From NCBI GenBank assembly GCA_040954595.2, contig CM082586.2, positions 9,579,337 to 9,643,336 on the forward strand: 64,000 nt of DNA, written 5' to 3'. Origin of the DNA: Balanoglossus misakiensis (taxonomy: Eukaryota > Animalia > Hemichordata). How positions within the stretch are numbered: position 1 is the first letter of the stretch; every line of letters starts with the position of its first letter. This document shows positions 1 through 15,000 of the stretch, piece by piece. The translations under genes and the position numbers were made by a program. Under the pieces are notes generated by a model. That model was not told where the DNA came from and made no database searches. It saw only the letters and a list, made by a program, of their open reading frames with translations.

Positions 1-3000
1 GTTAATACGTGGCGGAAAGCACTGTACTTTGACATTGCATATGCAATGGTGACATTGAATGGGATTCTTTGCATTAGGGCAAATGGCGAAGCAAGCTCAA
101 TGATGCATCAGAGTAGATGGTGATGCAAACTCTGCACTTTCACATGGGTATTTAATGTTAAATGTAAATCCATAGGTTAATACGTGGCCAAAAGCACTCT
201 AATTTGACATTGCTAATGCAACGATGACATTGAATCTGATTCTTTGCATCAGGGCAAATGGCGGTGCAAGGTTGATGATGCATCAGGGTAGATAGTGATG
301 CAAGCTCTGCACTTTGACATGGGTATAAAATGCCTACAGGGGGATTTAAAGTTGTCTGTAAATCCCTGGGTTAATACGTGGCGGAAAGCACTGTACTTTG
401 ACATTGCATATGCAATGGTGACATTGAATGGGATTCTTTGCATTAGGGCAAATGGCGAAGCAAGCTCAATGATGCATCAGAGTAGATGGTGATGCAAACT
501 CTGCACTTTAACATGGGTATTGAATGTTAACTGTAAATCCATAGGTTAATACGTGGCCAAAAGCACTCTAATTTGACATTGCTAATGCAACGATGACTTT
601 GAATCTGATTCTTTGCATCAGGGCAAATGGCGAAGCAAGGTTGATGATGCATCAGGGTAGATAGTGATGCAATCACTTAACTTTGACATGGGTATTAAAT
701 GCATATGGGGATTTCAAGTTGATGATAAATCCCTGGGTTAATACGTGTCCAAAAGCACTGTACTTTGACATTGCTAATGTAACGATGACATTGAATCTGT
801 TTCTTTGCATCAGGGTAAATGGCGTAGCAAGCTTTATATTGCATCAGGGTAGATAGTGATGTAAACACTTCACTTTGACATGGGTATTAAATGCATATGG
901 GGATTTCAAGTTGATGATAAATCCCTGGGTTAATACGTGTCCAAAAGCACTGTACTTTGACATTGCTAATGCAACGATGACATTGAGTCTGATTCTTTGC
1001 ATCAGGGTAAATGGCGAAGCAAGGTTGATGATGCATCAGGGTAGATAGTGATGCAATCACTTCACTTTGACATGGGTATTAAATGCATATGGGGATTTCA
1101 AGTTGATGATAAATCCCTGGGTTAATACGTGTCCAAAAGCACTGTACTTTGACATTGCTAATGCAACGATGACATTGAATCTGATTCTTTGCATCAGGGT
1201 AAATGGCGTAGCAAGCTTTATGATGCATCAGGGTAGATAGTGATGCAAACACTTAACTTTGACATGGGTATTAAATGCATATGGGGATTTCAGGTTGTTG
1301 AAAAATCTGTGGGTTAATACGTGTCCAAAAGCACTGTACTTTGACATTGCTAATGCAACGATAACATTGAATCTGATTCTTTGCATCAGGGTAAATGGCG
1401 TAGCAAGCTTTATGATGCATCAGGGTAGATAGTGATGCAATCACTTAACTTTGACATGGGTATTAAATGCATATGGGGATTTCAAGTTGATGATAAATCC
1501 CTGGGTTAATACGTGTCCAAAAGCACTGTACTTTGACATTGCTAATGTAACGATGACATTGAATCTGTTTCTTTGCATCAGGGTAAATGGCGTAGCAAGC
1601 TTTATATTGCATCAGGGTAGATAGTGATGCAAACACTTCACTTTGACATGGGTATTAAATGCATATGGGGATTTCAAGTTGATGATAAATCCCTGGGTTA
1701 ATACGTGTCCAAAAGCACTGTACTTTGACATTGCTAATGCAACGATGACATTGAGTCTGATTCTTTGCATCAGGGCAAATGGCGAAGCAAGGTTGATGAT
1801 GCATCAGGGTAGATAGTGATGCAATCACTTCACTTTGACATGGGTATTAAATGCATATGGGGATTTCAAGTTGATGATAAATCCCTGGGTTAATACGTGT
1901 CCAAAAGCACTGTACTTTGACATTGCTAATGCAACGATGACATTGAATCTGATTCTTTGCATCAGGGTAAATGGCGTAGCAAGCTTTATGATGCATCAGG
2001 GTAGATAGTGATGCAAACACTTAACTTTGACATGGGTATTAAATGCATATGGGGATTTCAGGTTGTTGAACAATCTGTGGGTTAATACGTGTCCAAAAGC
2101 ACTGTACTTTGACATTGCTAATGCAGCGATGACATTGAATCTGATTCTTTGCATCAGGGTAAATGGCGAAGCAAGGTTGATGAAGCATCAGGGTAGATAG
2201 TGATGCAAGCTCTGCACTTTGACATAGCCATAAAATGCCTACAGGGGGATTTAAAGTTGTCTGTAAATCCCTGGGTTAATACGTGGCGGAAACCCCTGTA
2301 CTTTGACATTGCATATGCAATGGTGACATTGAATGGGATTCTTTGCATTAGGGCAAATGGCGAAGCAAGCTCAATGATGCATCAGAGTAGATGGTGATGC
2401 AAACTCTGCACTTTCACATGGGTATTTAATGTTAAATGTAAATCCATAGGTTAATACGTGGCCAAAAGCACTCTAATTTGACATTGCTAATGGAACGATG
2501 ACATTGAATCTGATTCTTTGCATCAGGGCAAATGGCGAAGCAAGGTTTATGATGCATCAGGGTAGATAGTGATGCAATCACTTCACTTTGACATTGGTAT
2601 TAAATGCATATGGGGATTTCAAGTTGATGATAAATCCCTGGGTTAATACGTGTCCAAAAGCACTGTAATTTGACATTGCTAATGCAACGATGACATTGAA
2701 TCTGATTCTTTGCATCAGGGTATATGGCGTAGCAAGCTTTATGATGCATCAGAGTAGATGGTGATGCAAACTCTGCACTTTCACATGGGTATTTAATGTT
2801 AACTGTAAATCCATAGGTTAATACGTGGCCAAAAGCACTCTAATTTGACATTGCTAATGCAACGATGACATTGAATCTGATTCTTTGCATCAGGGCAAAT
2901 GGCGAAGCAAGGTTGATGATGCATCAGGGTAGATAGTGATGCAATCACTTAACTTTGACATGGGTATTAAATGCATATGGGGTTTTCAAGTTGATGATAA

Positions 3001-6000
3001 ATCCCTGGGTTAATACGTGTCCAAAAGCACTGTACTTTGACATTGCTAATGTAACGATGACATTGAATCTGTTTCTTTGCACTTTCACATGGGTATTTAA
3101 TGTTAAATGTAAATCCATAGGGTAATACGTGGCCAAAAGCACTCTAATTTGACATTGCTAATGGAACGATGACATTGAATCTGATTCTTTGCATCAGGGC
3201 AAATGGCGAAGCAAGGTTGATGATGCATCAGGGTAGATAGTGATGCAATCACTTAACTTTGACATGGGTATTAAATGCATATGGGGATTTCAAGTTGATG
3301 ATAAATCCCTGGGTTAATACGTGGCCAAAAGCACTCTAATTTGACATTGCTAATGCAACGATGACATTGAATCTGATTCTTTGCATCACGGTAAATGGCG
3401 TAGCAAGCTTTATGATGCATCAGGGTAGATAGTGATGCAAACACTTAACTTTGACATGGGTATTAAATGCATATGGGGATTTCAAGTTGATGATAAATCC
3501 CTGGGTTAATACGTGTCCAAAAGCACTGTACTTTGACATTGCTAATGTAACGATGACATTGAATCTGTTTCTTTGCATCAGGTTAAATGGCGTAGCAAGC
3601 TTTATATTGCATCAGGGTAGATAGTGATGCAAACACTTCACTTTGACATGGGTATTAAATGCATATGGGGATTTCAAGTTGATGATAAATCCCTGGGTTA
3701 ATACGTGTCCAAAAGCACTGTACTTTGACATTGCTAATGCAACGATGACATTGAGTCTGATTCTTTGCATCAGGGCAAATGGCGAAGCAAGGTTGATGAT
3801 GCATCAGGGTAGATAGTGATGCAATCACTTCACTTTGACATGGGTATTAAATGCATATGGGGATTTCAAGTTGATGATAAATCCCTGGGTTAATACGTGT
3901 CCAAAAGCACTGTACTTTGACATTGCTAATGCAACGATGACATTGAATCTGATTCTTTGCATCAGGGTAAATGGCGTAGCAAGCTTTATGATGCATCAGG
4001 GTAGATAGTGATGCAAACACTTAACTTTGACATGGGTATTAAATGCATATGGGGATTTCAGGTTGTTGAAAAATCTGTGGGTTAATACGTGTCCAAAAGC
4101 ACTGTACTTTGACATTGCTAATGCAACGATAACATTGAATCTGATTCTTTGCATCAGGGTAAATGGCGTAGCAAGCTTTATGATGCATCAGGGTAGATAG
4201 TGATGCAAACACTTCACTTTGACATGGGTATAAAATGCCTACAGGGGGATTTAATGTTGTCTGTAAATCCCTGGGTTAATACGTGTCCAAAAACACTGTA
4301 CTTTGACATTGCTAATGCAGCGATGACATTGAATCTGATTCTTTGCATCAGGGTAAATGGCGAAGCAAGGTTGATGAAGCATCAGGGTAGATAGTGATGC
4401 AAGCTCTGCACTTTGACATGGCCATAAAATGCCTACAGGGGGATTTAAAGTTGTCTGTAAATCCCTGGGTTAATACGTGGCGGAAAGCACTGTACTTTGA
4501 CATTGCATATGCAATGGTGACATTGAATCTGATTCTTTGCATCAGGGCAAATGGCGAAGCAAGGTTTATGATGCATCAGGGTAGATAGTGATGCAATCAC
4601 TTCACTTTGACATTGGTATTAAATGCATATGGGGATTTCAAGTTGATGATAAATCCCTGGGTTAATACGTGTCCAAAAGCACTGTAATTTGACATTGCTA
4701 ATGCAACGATGACATTGAATCTGATTCTTTGCATCAGGGTATATGGCGTAGCAAGCTTTATGATGCATCAGAGTAGATGGTGATGCAAACTCTGCACTTT
4801 CACATGGGTATTTAATGTTAACTGTAAATCCATAGGTTAATACGTGGCCAAAAGCACTCTAATTTGACATTGCTAATGCAACGATGACATTGAATCTGAT
4901 TCTTTGCATCAGGGCAAATGGCGAAGCAAGGTTGATGATGCATCAGGGTAGATAGTGATGCAATCACTTAACTTTGACATGGGTATTAAATGCATATGGG
5001 GATTTCAAGTTGATGATAAATCCCTGGGTTAATACGTGTCCAAAAGCACTGTACTTTGACATTGCTAATGTAACGATGACATTGAATCTGTTTCTTTGCA
5101 CTTTCACATGGGTATTTAATGTTAAATGTAAATCCATAGGTTAATAAGTGGCCAAAAGCACTCTAATTTGACATTGCTAATGGAACGATGACATTGAATC
5201 TGATTCTTTGCATCAGGGCAAATGGCGAAGCAAGGTTGATGATGCATCAGGGTAGATAGTGATGCAATCACTTAACTTTGACATGGGTATTAAATGCATA
5301 TGGGGATTTCAAGTTGATGATAAATCCCTGGGTTAATACGTGTCCAAAAGCACTGTACTTTGACATTGCTAATGTAACGATGACATTGAATCTGTTTCTT
5401 TGCATCAGGGTAAATGGCGTAGCAAGCTTTATATTGCATCAGGGTAGATAGTGATGCAAACACTTCACTTTGACATGGGTATTAAATGCATATGGGGATT
5501 TCAAGTTGATGATAAATCCCTGGGTTAATACGTGTCCAAAAGCACTGTACTTTGACATTGCTAATGCAACGATGACATTGAATCTGATTCTCTGCATCAG
5601 GGCAAATGGCGAAGCAAGGTTGATGATGCATCAGGGTAGATAGTGATGCAATCACTTCACTTTGACATTGGTATTAAATGCATATGGGGATTTCAAGTTG
5701 ATGATAAATCCCTGGGTTAATACGTGTCCAAAGCACTGTACTTTGACATTGCTAGTGCAACGATGACATTGAATCTGATTCTTTGCATCAGGGTATATGG
5801 CGTAGCAAGCTTTATGATGCATCAGGGTAGATAGTGATGCAAACACTTCACTTTGACATGGGTATTAAATGCATATGGGGATTTCAGGTTGTTGAAAAAT
5901 CTGTGGGTTAATACGTGTCCAAAAGCACTGTACTTTGACATTGCTAATGCAACGATGACATTGAATCTGATTCTTTGCATCAGGGTAAATGGCGTAGCAA

Positions 6001-9000
6001 GCTTTATGACGCATCAGGGTAGATAGTGATGCAAACACTTCACTTTGACATGGGTATAAAATGCCTACAGGGGGATTTAAAGTTGTCTGTAAATCCCTGG
6101 GTTAATACGTGGCTGAAAGCACTGTACTTTGACATTGCATATGCAATGGTGACATTGAATGGGATTCTTTGCATTAGGGCAAATGGCGAAGCAAGCTCAA
6201 TGATGCATCAGAGTAGATGGTGATGCAAACTCTGCACTTTCACATGGGTATTTAATGTTAAATGTAAATCCATAGGTTAATACGTGGCCAAAAGCACTCT
6301 AATTTGACATTGCTAATGCAACGATGACATTGAATCTGATTCTTTGCATCAGGGCAAATGGCGAAGCAAGGTTGATGATGCATCAGGGTAGATAGTGATG
6401 CAATCACTTCACTTTGACATGGGTATTAAATGCATATGGGGATTCCAAGTTGATGATAAATCCCTGGGTTAATACGTGTCCAAAAGCAATGTACTTTGAC
6501 ATTGCTAATGTAACGATGACATTGAATATGATTCTTTGCATCAGGGTAAATGGCGTAGCAAGCTTTATGATGCATCAGGGTAGATAGTGATGCAAACACT
6601 TCACTTTGACATGGGTATTAAATGCATATGGGGAATTCAGGTTGTTGAAAAATCTGTGGGTTAATATGTGTCGAAAAGCACTGTACTTTGACATTGCTAA
6701 TGCAATGATGACATTGAATCTGATTCTTTGCATCAGGGTAAATGGCGTAGCAAGGTTTATGATGCATCAGGGTAGATAGTGATGCAAACACTTCACTTTG
6801 ACATGGGTATAAAATGCCTACAGGGGAATTTAAAGTTGTCTGTAAATCCCTGGGTTAATACGTGTCCAAAAGCACCGTACTTTGACATTGCTAATGCAAC
6901 GATGACATTGAATCTGATTCTTTGCATCAGGGTAAATGGCGAAGCAAGGTTGATGATGCATCAGGGTAGATAGTGATGCAAGCTCTGCACTTTGACATGG
7001 GTATAAAATGCCTACAGGGGGATTTAAAGTTGTCTGTAAATCCCTGGGTTAATACGTGGCGGATAGCACTGTACTTTGACATTGCATATGCAATGGTGAC
7101 ATTGAATGGGATTCTTTGCATTAGGGCAAATGGCGAAGCAAGCTCAATGATGCATCAGAGAAGATGGTGATGCAAACTGTGCACTTTCACATGGGTATTT
7201 AATGTTAAATGTAAATCCATAGGTTAATACGTGGCCAAAAGCACTCTAATTTGACATTGCTAATGGAACGATGACATTGAATCTGATTCTTTGCATCAGG
7301 GCAAATGGCGAAGCAAGGTTGAGGATGCATCAGGGTAGATAGTTATGCAATCACTTCACTTTGACATTGGTATTAAATGCATATGGGGATTTCAAGTTGA
7401 TGATAAATCCCTGGGTTAATACGTGTCCAAAAGCACTGTACTTTGACATTGCTAATGCAACGATGACATTGAATCTGATTCTTTGCATCAGGGTAAATGG
7501 CGTAGCAAGCTTTATGATGCATCAGGGTAGATAGTGATGCAAACACTTCACTTTGTCATGGGTATTAAATGCATATGGGGAATTCAGGTTGTTGAAAAAT
7601 CTGTGGGTTAATATGTGTCGAAAAGCACTGTACTTTGACATTGCTAATGCAATGATGACATTGAATCTGATTCTTTGCATCAGGGTAAATGGCGTAGCAA
7701 GGTTTATGATGCATCAGGGTAGATAGTGATGCAAACACTTCACTTTGACATGGGTATAAAATGCCTACAGGGGAATTTAAAGTTGTCTGTAAATCCCTGG
7801 GTTAATACGTGTCCAAAAGCACCGTACTTTGACATTGCTAATGCAACGATGACATTGAATCTGATTCTTTGCATCAGGGTAAATGGCGAAGCAAGGTTGA
7901 TGATGCATCAGGGTAGATAGTGATGCAAGCTCTGCACTTTGACATGGGTATAAAATGCCTACAGGGGGATTTAAAGTTGTCTGTAAATCCCTGGGTTAAT
8001 ACGTGGCGGATAGCACTGTACTTTGACATTGCATATGCAATGGTGACATTGAATGGGATTCTTTGCATTAGGGCAAATGGCGAAGCAAGCTCAATGATGC
8101 ATCAGAGAAGATGGTGATGCAAACTGTGCACTTTCACATGGGTATTTAATGTTAAATGTAAATCCATAGGTTAATACGTGGCCAAAAGCACTCTAATTTG
8201 ACATTGCTAATGGAACGATGACATTGAATCTGATTCTTTGCATCAGGGCAAATGGCGAAGCAAGGTTGAGGATGCATCAGGGTAGATAGTTATGCAATCA
8301 CTTCACTTTGACATTGGTATTAAATGCATATGGGGATTTCAAGTTGATGATAAATCCCTGGGTTAATACGTGTCCAAAAGCACTGTACTTTGACATTGCT
8401 AATGCAACGATGACATTGAATCTGATTCTTTGCATCAGGGTAAATGGCGTAGCAAGCTTTATGATGCATCAGGGTAGATAGTGATGCAAACACTTCACTT
8501 TGTCATGGGTATTAAATGCATATGGGGATTTCAGGTTGTTGAAAAATCTGTGGGTTAATACGTGTCCAAAAGCACTGTACTTTGACATTGCTAATGCAAC
8601 GATGACATTGAATCTGATTCTTTGCATCAGGGTAAATGGCGTAGCAAGCTTTATGACGCATCAGGGTAGATAGTGATGCAAACACTTCACTTTGACATGG
8701 GTATAAAATGCCTACAGGGGGATTTAAAGTTGTCTGTAAATCCCTGGGTTAATAGGTGTCCAAAAACACTGTACTTTGACATTGCTAATGCAGCGATGAC
8801 ATTGAATCTGATTCTTTGCATCAGGGTAAATGGGGAAGCAAGGTTGATGATGCATCAGGGTAGATAGTGATGCAAGCTCTGCACTTTGACATGTGTATAA
8901 AATGCCTACAGGGGGATTTAAAGTTGTCTGTAAATCCCTGGGTTAATACGTGGCTGAAAGCACTGTACTTTGACATTGCATATGCAATGGTGACATTGAA

Positions 9001-12000
9001 TGGGATTCTTTGCATTAGGGCAAATGGCGAAGCAAGCTCAATGATGCATCAGAGTAGATGGTGATGCAAACTCTGCACTTTCACATGGGTATTTAATGTT
9101 AAATGTAAATCCATAGGTTAATACGTGGCCAAAAGCACTCTAATTTGACATTGCTAATGGAACGATGACATTGAATCTGATTCTTTGCATCAGGGCAAAT
9201 GGCGAAGCAAGGTTGATGATGCATCAGGGTAGATAGTGATGCAATCACTTCACTTTGACATTGGTATTAAATGCATATGGGGATTTCAAGTTGATGATAA
9301 ATCCCTGGGTTAATACGTGTCCAAAAGCACTGTACTTTGACATTGCTAATGCAACGATGACATTGAATCTGATTCTTTGCATCAGGGTAAATGGCGTAGC
9401 AAGCTTTATGATGCATCAGGGTAGATAGTGATGCAAACACTTCACTTTGTCATGGGTATTAAATGCATATGGGGATTTCAGGTTGTTGAAAAATCTGTGG
9501 GTTAATACGTGTCCAAAAGCACTGTACTTTGACATTGCTAATGCAACGATGACATTGAATCTGATTCTTTGCATCAGGGTAAATGGCGTAGCAAGCTTTA
9601 TGACGCATCAGGGTAGATAGTGATGCAAACACTTCACTTTGACATGGGTATAAAAAGCCTACAGGGGGATTTAAAGTTGTCTGTAAATCCCTGGGTTAAT
9701 ACGTGTCCAAAAACACTGTACTTTGACATTGCTAATGCAGCGATGACATTGAATCTGATTCTTTGCATCAGGGTAAATGGCGAAGCAAGGTTGATTATGC
9801 ATCAGGGTAGATAGTGATGCAAGCTCTGCACTTTGACATGGGTATAAAATGCCTACAGGGGGATTTAAAGTTGTCTGTAAATCCCTGGGTTAATACGTGG
9901 CTGAAAGCACTGTACTTTGACATTGCATATGCAATGGTGACATTGAATGGGATTCTTTGCATTAGGGCAAATGGCGAAGCAAGCTCAATGATGCATCAGA
10001 GTAGATGGTGATGCAAACTCTGCACTTTCACATGGGTATTTAATGTTAAATGTAAATCCATAGGTTAATACGTGGCCAAAAGCACTCTAATTTGACATTG
10101 CTAATGCAACGATGACATTGAATCTGATTCTTTGCATCTGGGCAAATGGCGAAGCAAGGTTGATGATGCATCAGGGTAGATAGTGATGCAATCACTTCAC
10201 TTTGACATGGGTATTAAATGCATATGGGGATTTCAAGTTGATGATAAATCCCTGGGTTAATACGTGTCCAAAAGCACTGTACTTTGACATTGCTAATGTA
10301 ACGATGACATTGAATCTGATTCTTTGCATCAGGGTAAATGGCGTAGCAAGCTTTATGATGCATCAGGGTAGATAGTGATGCAAACACTTCACTTTGTCAT
10401 GGGTATTAAATGCATATGGGGATTTCAGGTTGTTGAAAAATCTGTGGGTTAATACGTGTCCAAAAGCACTGTACTTTGACATTGCTAATGCAACGATGAC
10501 ATTGAATCTGATTCTTTGCATCAGGGTAAATGGCGTAGCAAGCTTTATGACGCATCAGGGTAGATAGTGATGCAAACACTTCACTTTGACATGGGTATAT
10601 AAAGCCTACAGGGGGATTTAAAGTTGTCTGTAAATCCCTGGGTTAATACGTGTTCAAAAACACTGTACTTTGACATTGCTAATGCAGCGATGACATTGAA
10701 TCTGATTCTTTGCATCAGGGTAAATGGCGAAGCAAGGTTGATTATGCATCAGGGTAGATAGTGATGCAAGCTCTGCACTTTGACATGGGTATAAAATGCC
10801 TACAGGGGGATTTAAAGTTGTGTGTAAATCCCTGGGTTAATACGTGGCTGAAAGCACTGTACTTTGACATTGCATATGCAATGGTGACATTGAATGGGAT
10901 TCTTTGCATTAGGGCAAATGGCGAAGCAAGCTCAATGATGCATCAGAGTAGATGGTGATGCAAACTCTGCACTTTCACATGGGTATTTAATGTTAAATGT
11001 AAATCCATAGGTTAATACGTGGCCAAAAGCACTCTAATTTGACATTGCTAATGCAACGATGACATTGAATCTGATTCTTTGCATCTGGGCAAATGGCGAA
11101 GCAAGGTTGATGATGCATCAGGGTAGATAGTGATGCAATCACTTCACTTTGACATGGGTATTAAATGCATATGGGGATTTCAAGTTGATGATAAATCCCT
11201 GGGTTAATACGTGTCCAAAAGCACTGTACTTTGACATTGCTAATGTAACGATGACATTGAATCTGATTCTTTGCATCAGGGTAAATGGCGTAGCAAGCTT
11301 TATGATGCATCAGGGTAGATAGTGTTGCAAACACTTCACTTTGACATGGGTATAAAATGCCTACAGGGGGATTTAAAGTTGTCTGTAAATCCCTGGGTTA
11401 ATACGTGTCCAAAAGCACTGTACTTTGACATTGCTAATGCAACGATGACATTGAATCTGATTCTTTGCATCAGGGTAAATGGCGAAGCAAGGTTGATTAT
11501 GCATCAGGGTAGATAGTGATGCAAGCTCTGCACTTTGACATGGGTATAAAATGCCTACAGGGGGATTTAAAGTTGTCTGTAAATCCCTGGGTTAATACGT
11601 GGCGGAAAGCACTGTACTTTGACATTGCTAATGCAACGATGACATTGAATCTGATTCTTTGCATCAGGGTAAATGGCGAAGCAAGGTTGATTATGCATCA
11701 GGGTAGATAGTGATGCAAGCTCTGCACTTTGACATGGGTATAAAATGCCTACAGGGGGATTTAAAGTTGTCTGTAAATCCCTGGGTTAATACGTGGTGGA
11801 AAGCACTGTACTTTGACATTGCATATGCAATGGTGACATTGAATGGGATTCTTTGCATTAGGGCAAATGGCGAAGCAAGCTCAATGATGCATCAGAGTAG
11901 ATGGTGATGCAAACTCTGCACTTTCACATGGGTATTTAATGTTAAATGTAAATCCATAGGTTAATACGTGGCCAAAAGCACTCTAATTTGACATTGCTAA

Positions 12001-15000
12001 TGCAACGATGACATTGAATCTGATTCTTTGCATCAGGGCAAATGGCGAAGCAAGGTTGATGATGCATCAAGGTAGATAGTGATGCAATCACTTCACTTTG
12101 ACATGGGTATTAAATGCATATGGGGATTTCAAGTTGATGATAAATCCCTGGGTTAATACGTGTCCAAAAGCACTGTACTTTGACATTGCTAATGTAACGA
12201 TGACATTGAATATGATTCTTTGCATCAGGGTAAATGGCGTAGCAAGCTTTATGATGCATCAGGGTAGATAGTGATGCAAACACTTCACTTTGACATGGGT
12301 ATTAAATGCATATGGGGATTTCAGGTTGTTGAAAAATCTGTGGGTTAATACGTGTCGAAAAGCACTGTCCTTTGACATTGCTAATGCAATGATGACATTG
12401 AATATGATTCTTTGCATCAGGGTAAATGGCGTAGCAAGCTTTATGATGCATCAGGGTAGATAGTGATGCAAACACTTCACTTTGACATGGGTGTAAAATG
12501 CCTACAGGGGGATTTAAAGTTGTCTGTAAATCCCTGGGTTAATACGTGTCCAAAAGCACTGTACTTTGACATTGCTAATGCAACGATGACATTGAATCTG
12601 ATTCTTTGCATCAGGGTAAATGGCGAAGCAAGGTTGATGATGCATCAGGGTAGATAGTGATGCAAGCTCTGCACTTTGACATGGGTATAAAATGCCTACA
12701 GGGGGATTTAAAGTTGTCTGTAAATCCCTGGGTTAATACGTGGCGGAAAGCACTGTACTTTGACATTGCTAATGCAACGATGACATTGAATCTGATTCTT
12801 TGCATCAGGGCAAATGGCGAAGCAAGCTCAATGATGCATCAGAGTAGATGGTGATGCAAACTCTGCACTTTCACATGGGTATTTAATGTTAAATGTAAAT
12901 CCATAGGTTAATACGTGGCCAAAAGCACTCTAATTTGACATTGCTAATGCAACGATGACATTGAATCTGATTCTTTGCATCTGGGCAAATGGCGAAGCAA
13001 GGTTGATGATGCATCAGGGTAGATAGTGATGCAATCACTTCACTTTGACATGGGTATTAAATGCATATGGGGATTTCAAGTTGATGATAAATCCCTGGGT
13101 TAATACGTGTCCAAAAGCACTGTACTTTGACATTGCTAATGTAACGATGACATTGAATCTGATTCTTTGCATCAGGGTAAATGGCGTAGCAAGCTTTATG
13201 ATGCATCAGGGTAGATAGTGTTGCAAACACTTCACTTTGACATGGGTATAAAATGCCTACAGGGGGATTTAAAGTTGTCTGTAAATCCCTGGGTTAATAC
13301 GTGTCCAAAAGCACTGTACTTTGACATTGCTAATGCAACGATGACATTGAATCTGATTCTTTGCATCAGGGTAAATGGCGAAGCAAGGTTGATTATGCAT
13401 CAGGGTAGATAGTGATGCAAGCTCTGCACTTTGACATGGGTATAAAATGCCTACAGGGGGATTTAAAGTTGTCTGTAAATCCCTGGGTTAATACGTGGCG
13501 GAAAGCACTGTACTTTGACATTGCTAATGCAACGATGACATTGAATCTGATTCTTTGCATCAGGGTAAATGGCGAAGCAAGGTTGATTATGCATCAGGGT
13601 AGATAGTGATGCAAGCTCTGCACTTTGACATGGGTATAAAATGCCTACAGGGGGATTTAAAGTTGTCTGTAAATCCCTGGGTTAATACGTGGTGGAAAGC
13701 ACTGTACTTTGACATTGCATATGCAATGGTGACATTGAATGGGATTCTTTGCATTAGGGCAAATGGCGAAGCAAGCTCAATGATGCATCAGAGTAGATGG
13801 TGATGCAAACTCTGCACTTTCACATGGGTATTTAATGTTAAATGTAAATCCATAGGTTAATACGTGGCCAAAAGCACTCTAATTTGACATTGCTAATGCA
13901 ACGATGACATTGAATCTGATTCTTTGCATCAGGGCAAATGGCGAAGCAAGGTTGATGATGCATCAAGGTAGATAGTGATGCAATCACTTCACTTTGACAT
14001 GGGTATTAAATGCATATGGGGATTTCAAGTTGATGATAAATCCCTGGGTTAATACGTGTCCAAAAGCACTGTACTTTGACATTGCTAATGTAACGATGAC
14101 ATTGAATATGATTCTTTGCATCAGGGTAAATGGCGTAGCAAGCTTTATGATGCATCAGGGTAGATAGTGATGCAAACACTTCACTTTGACATGGGTATTA
14201 AATGCATATGGGGATTTCAGGTTGTTGAAAAATCTGTGGGTTAATACGTGTCGAAAAGCACTGTCCTTTGACATTGCTAATGCAATGATGACATTGAATA
14301 TGATTCTTTGCATCAGGGTAAATGGCGTAGCAAGCTTTATGATGCATCAGGGTAGATAGTGATGCAAACACTTCACTTTGACATGGGTGTAAAATGCCTA
14401 CAGGGGGATTTAAAGTTGTCTGTAAATCCCTGGGTTAATACGTGTCCAAAAGCACTGTACTTTGACATTGCTAATGCAACGATGACATTGAATCTGATTC
14501 TTTGCATCAGGGTAAATGGCGAAGCAAGGTTGATGATGCATCAGGGTAGATAGTGATGCAAGCTCTGCACTTTGACATGGGTATAAAATGCCTACAGGGG
14601 GATTTAAAGTTGTCTGTAAATCCCTGGGTTAATACGTGGCGGAAAGCACTGTACTTTGACATTGCTAATGCAACGATGACATTGAATCTGATTCTTTGCA
14701 TCAGGGTAAATGGCGAAGCAAGGTTGATTATGCATCAGGGTAGATAGTGATGCAAGCTCTGCACTTTGACATGGGTATAAAATGCCTACAGGGGGATTTA
14801 AAGTTGTCTGTAAATCCCTGGGTTAATACGTGGTGGAAAGCACTGTACTTTGACATTGCATATGCAATGGTGACATTGAATGGGATTCTTTGCATTAGGG
14901 CAAATGGCGAAGCAAGCTCAATGATGCATCAGAGTAGATGGTGATGCAAACTCTGCACTTTCACATGGGTATTTAATGTTAAATGTAAATCCATAGGTTA

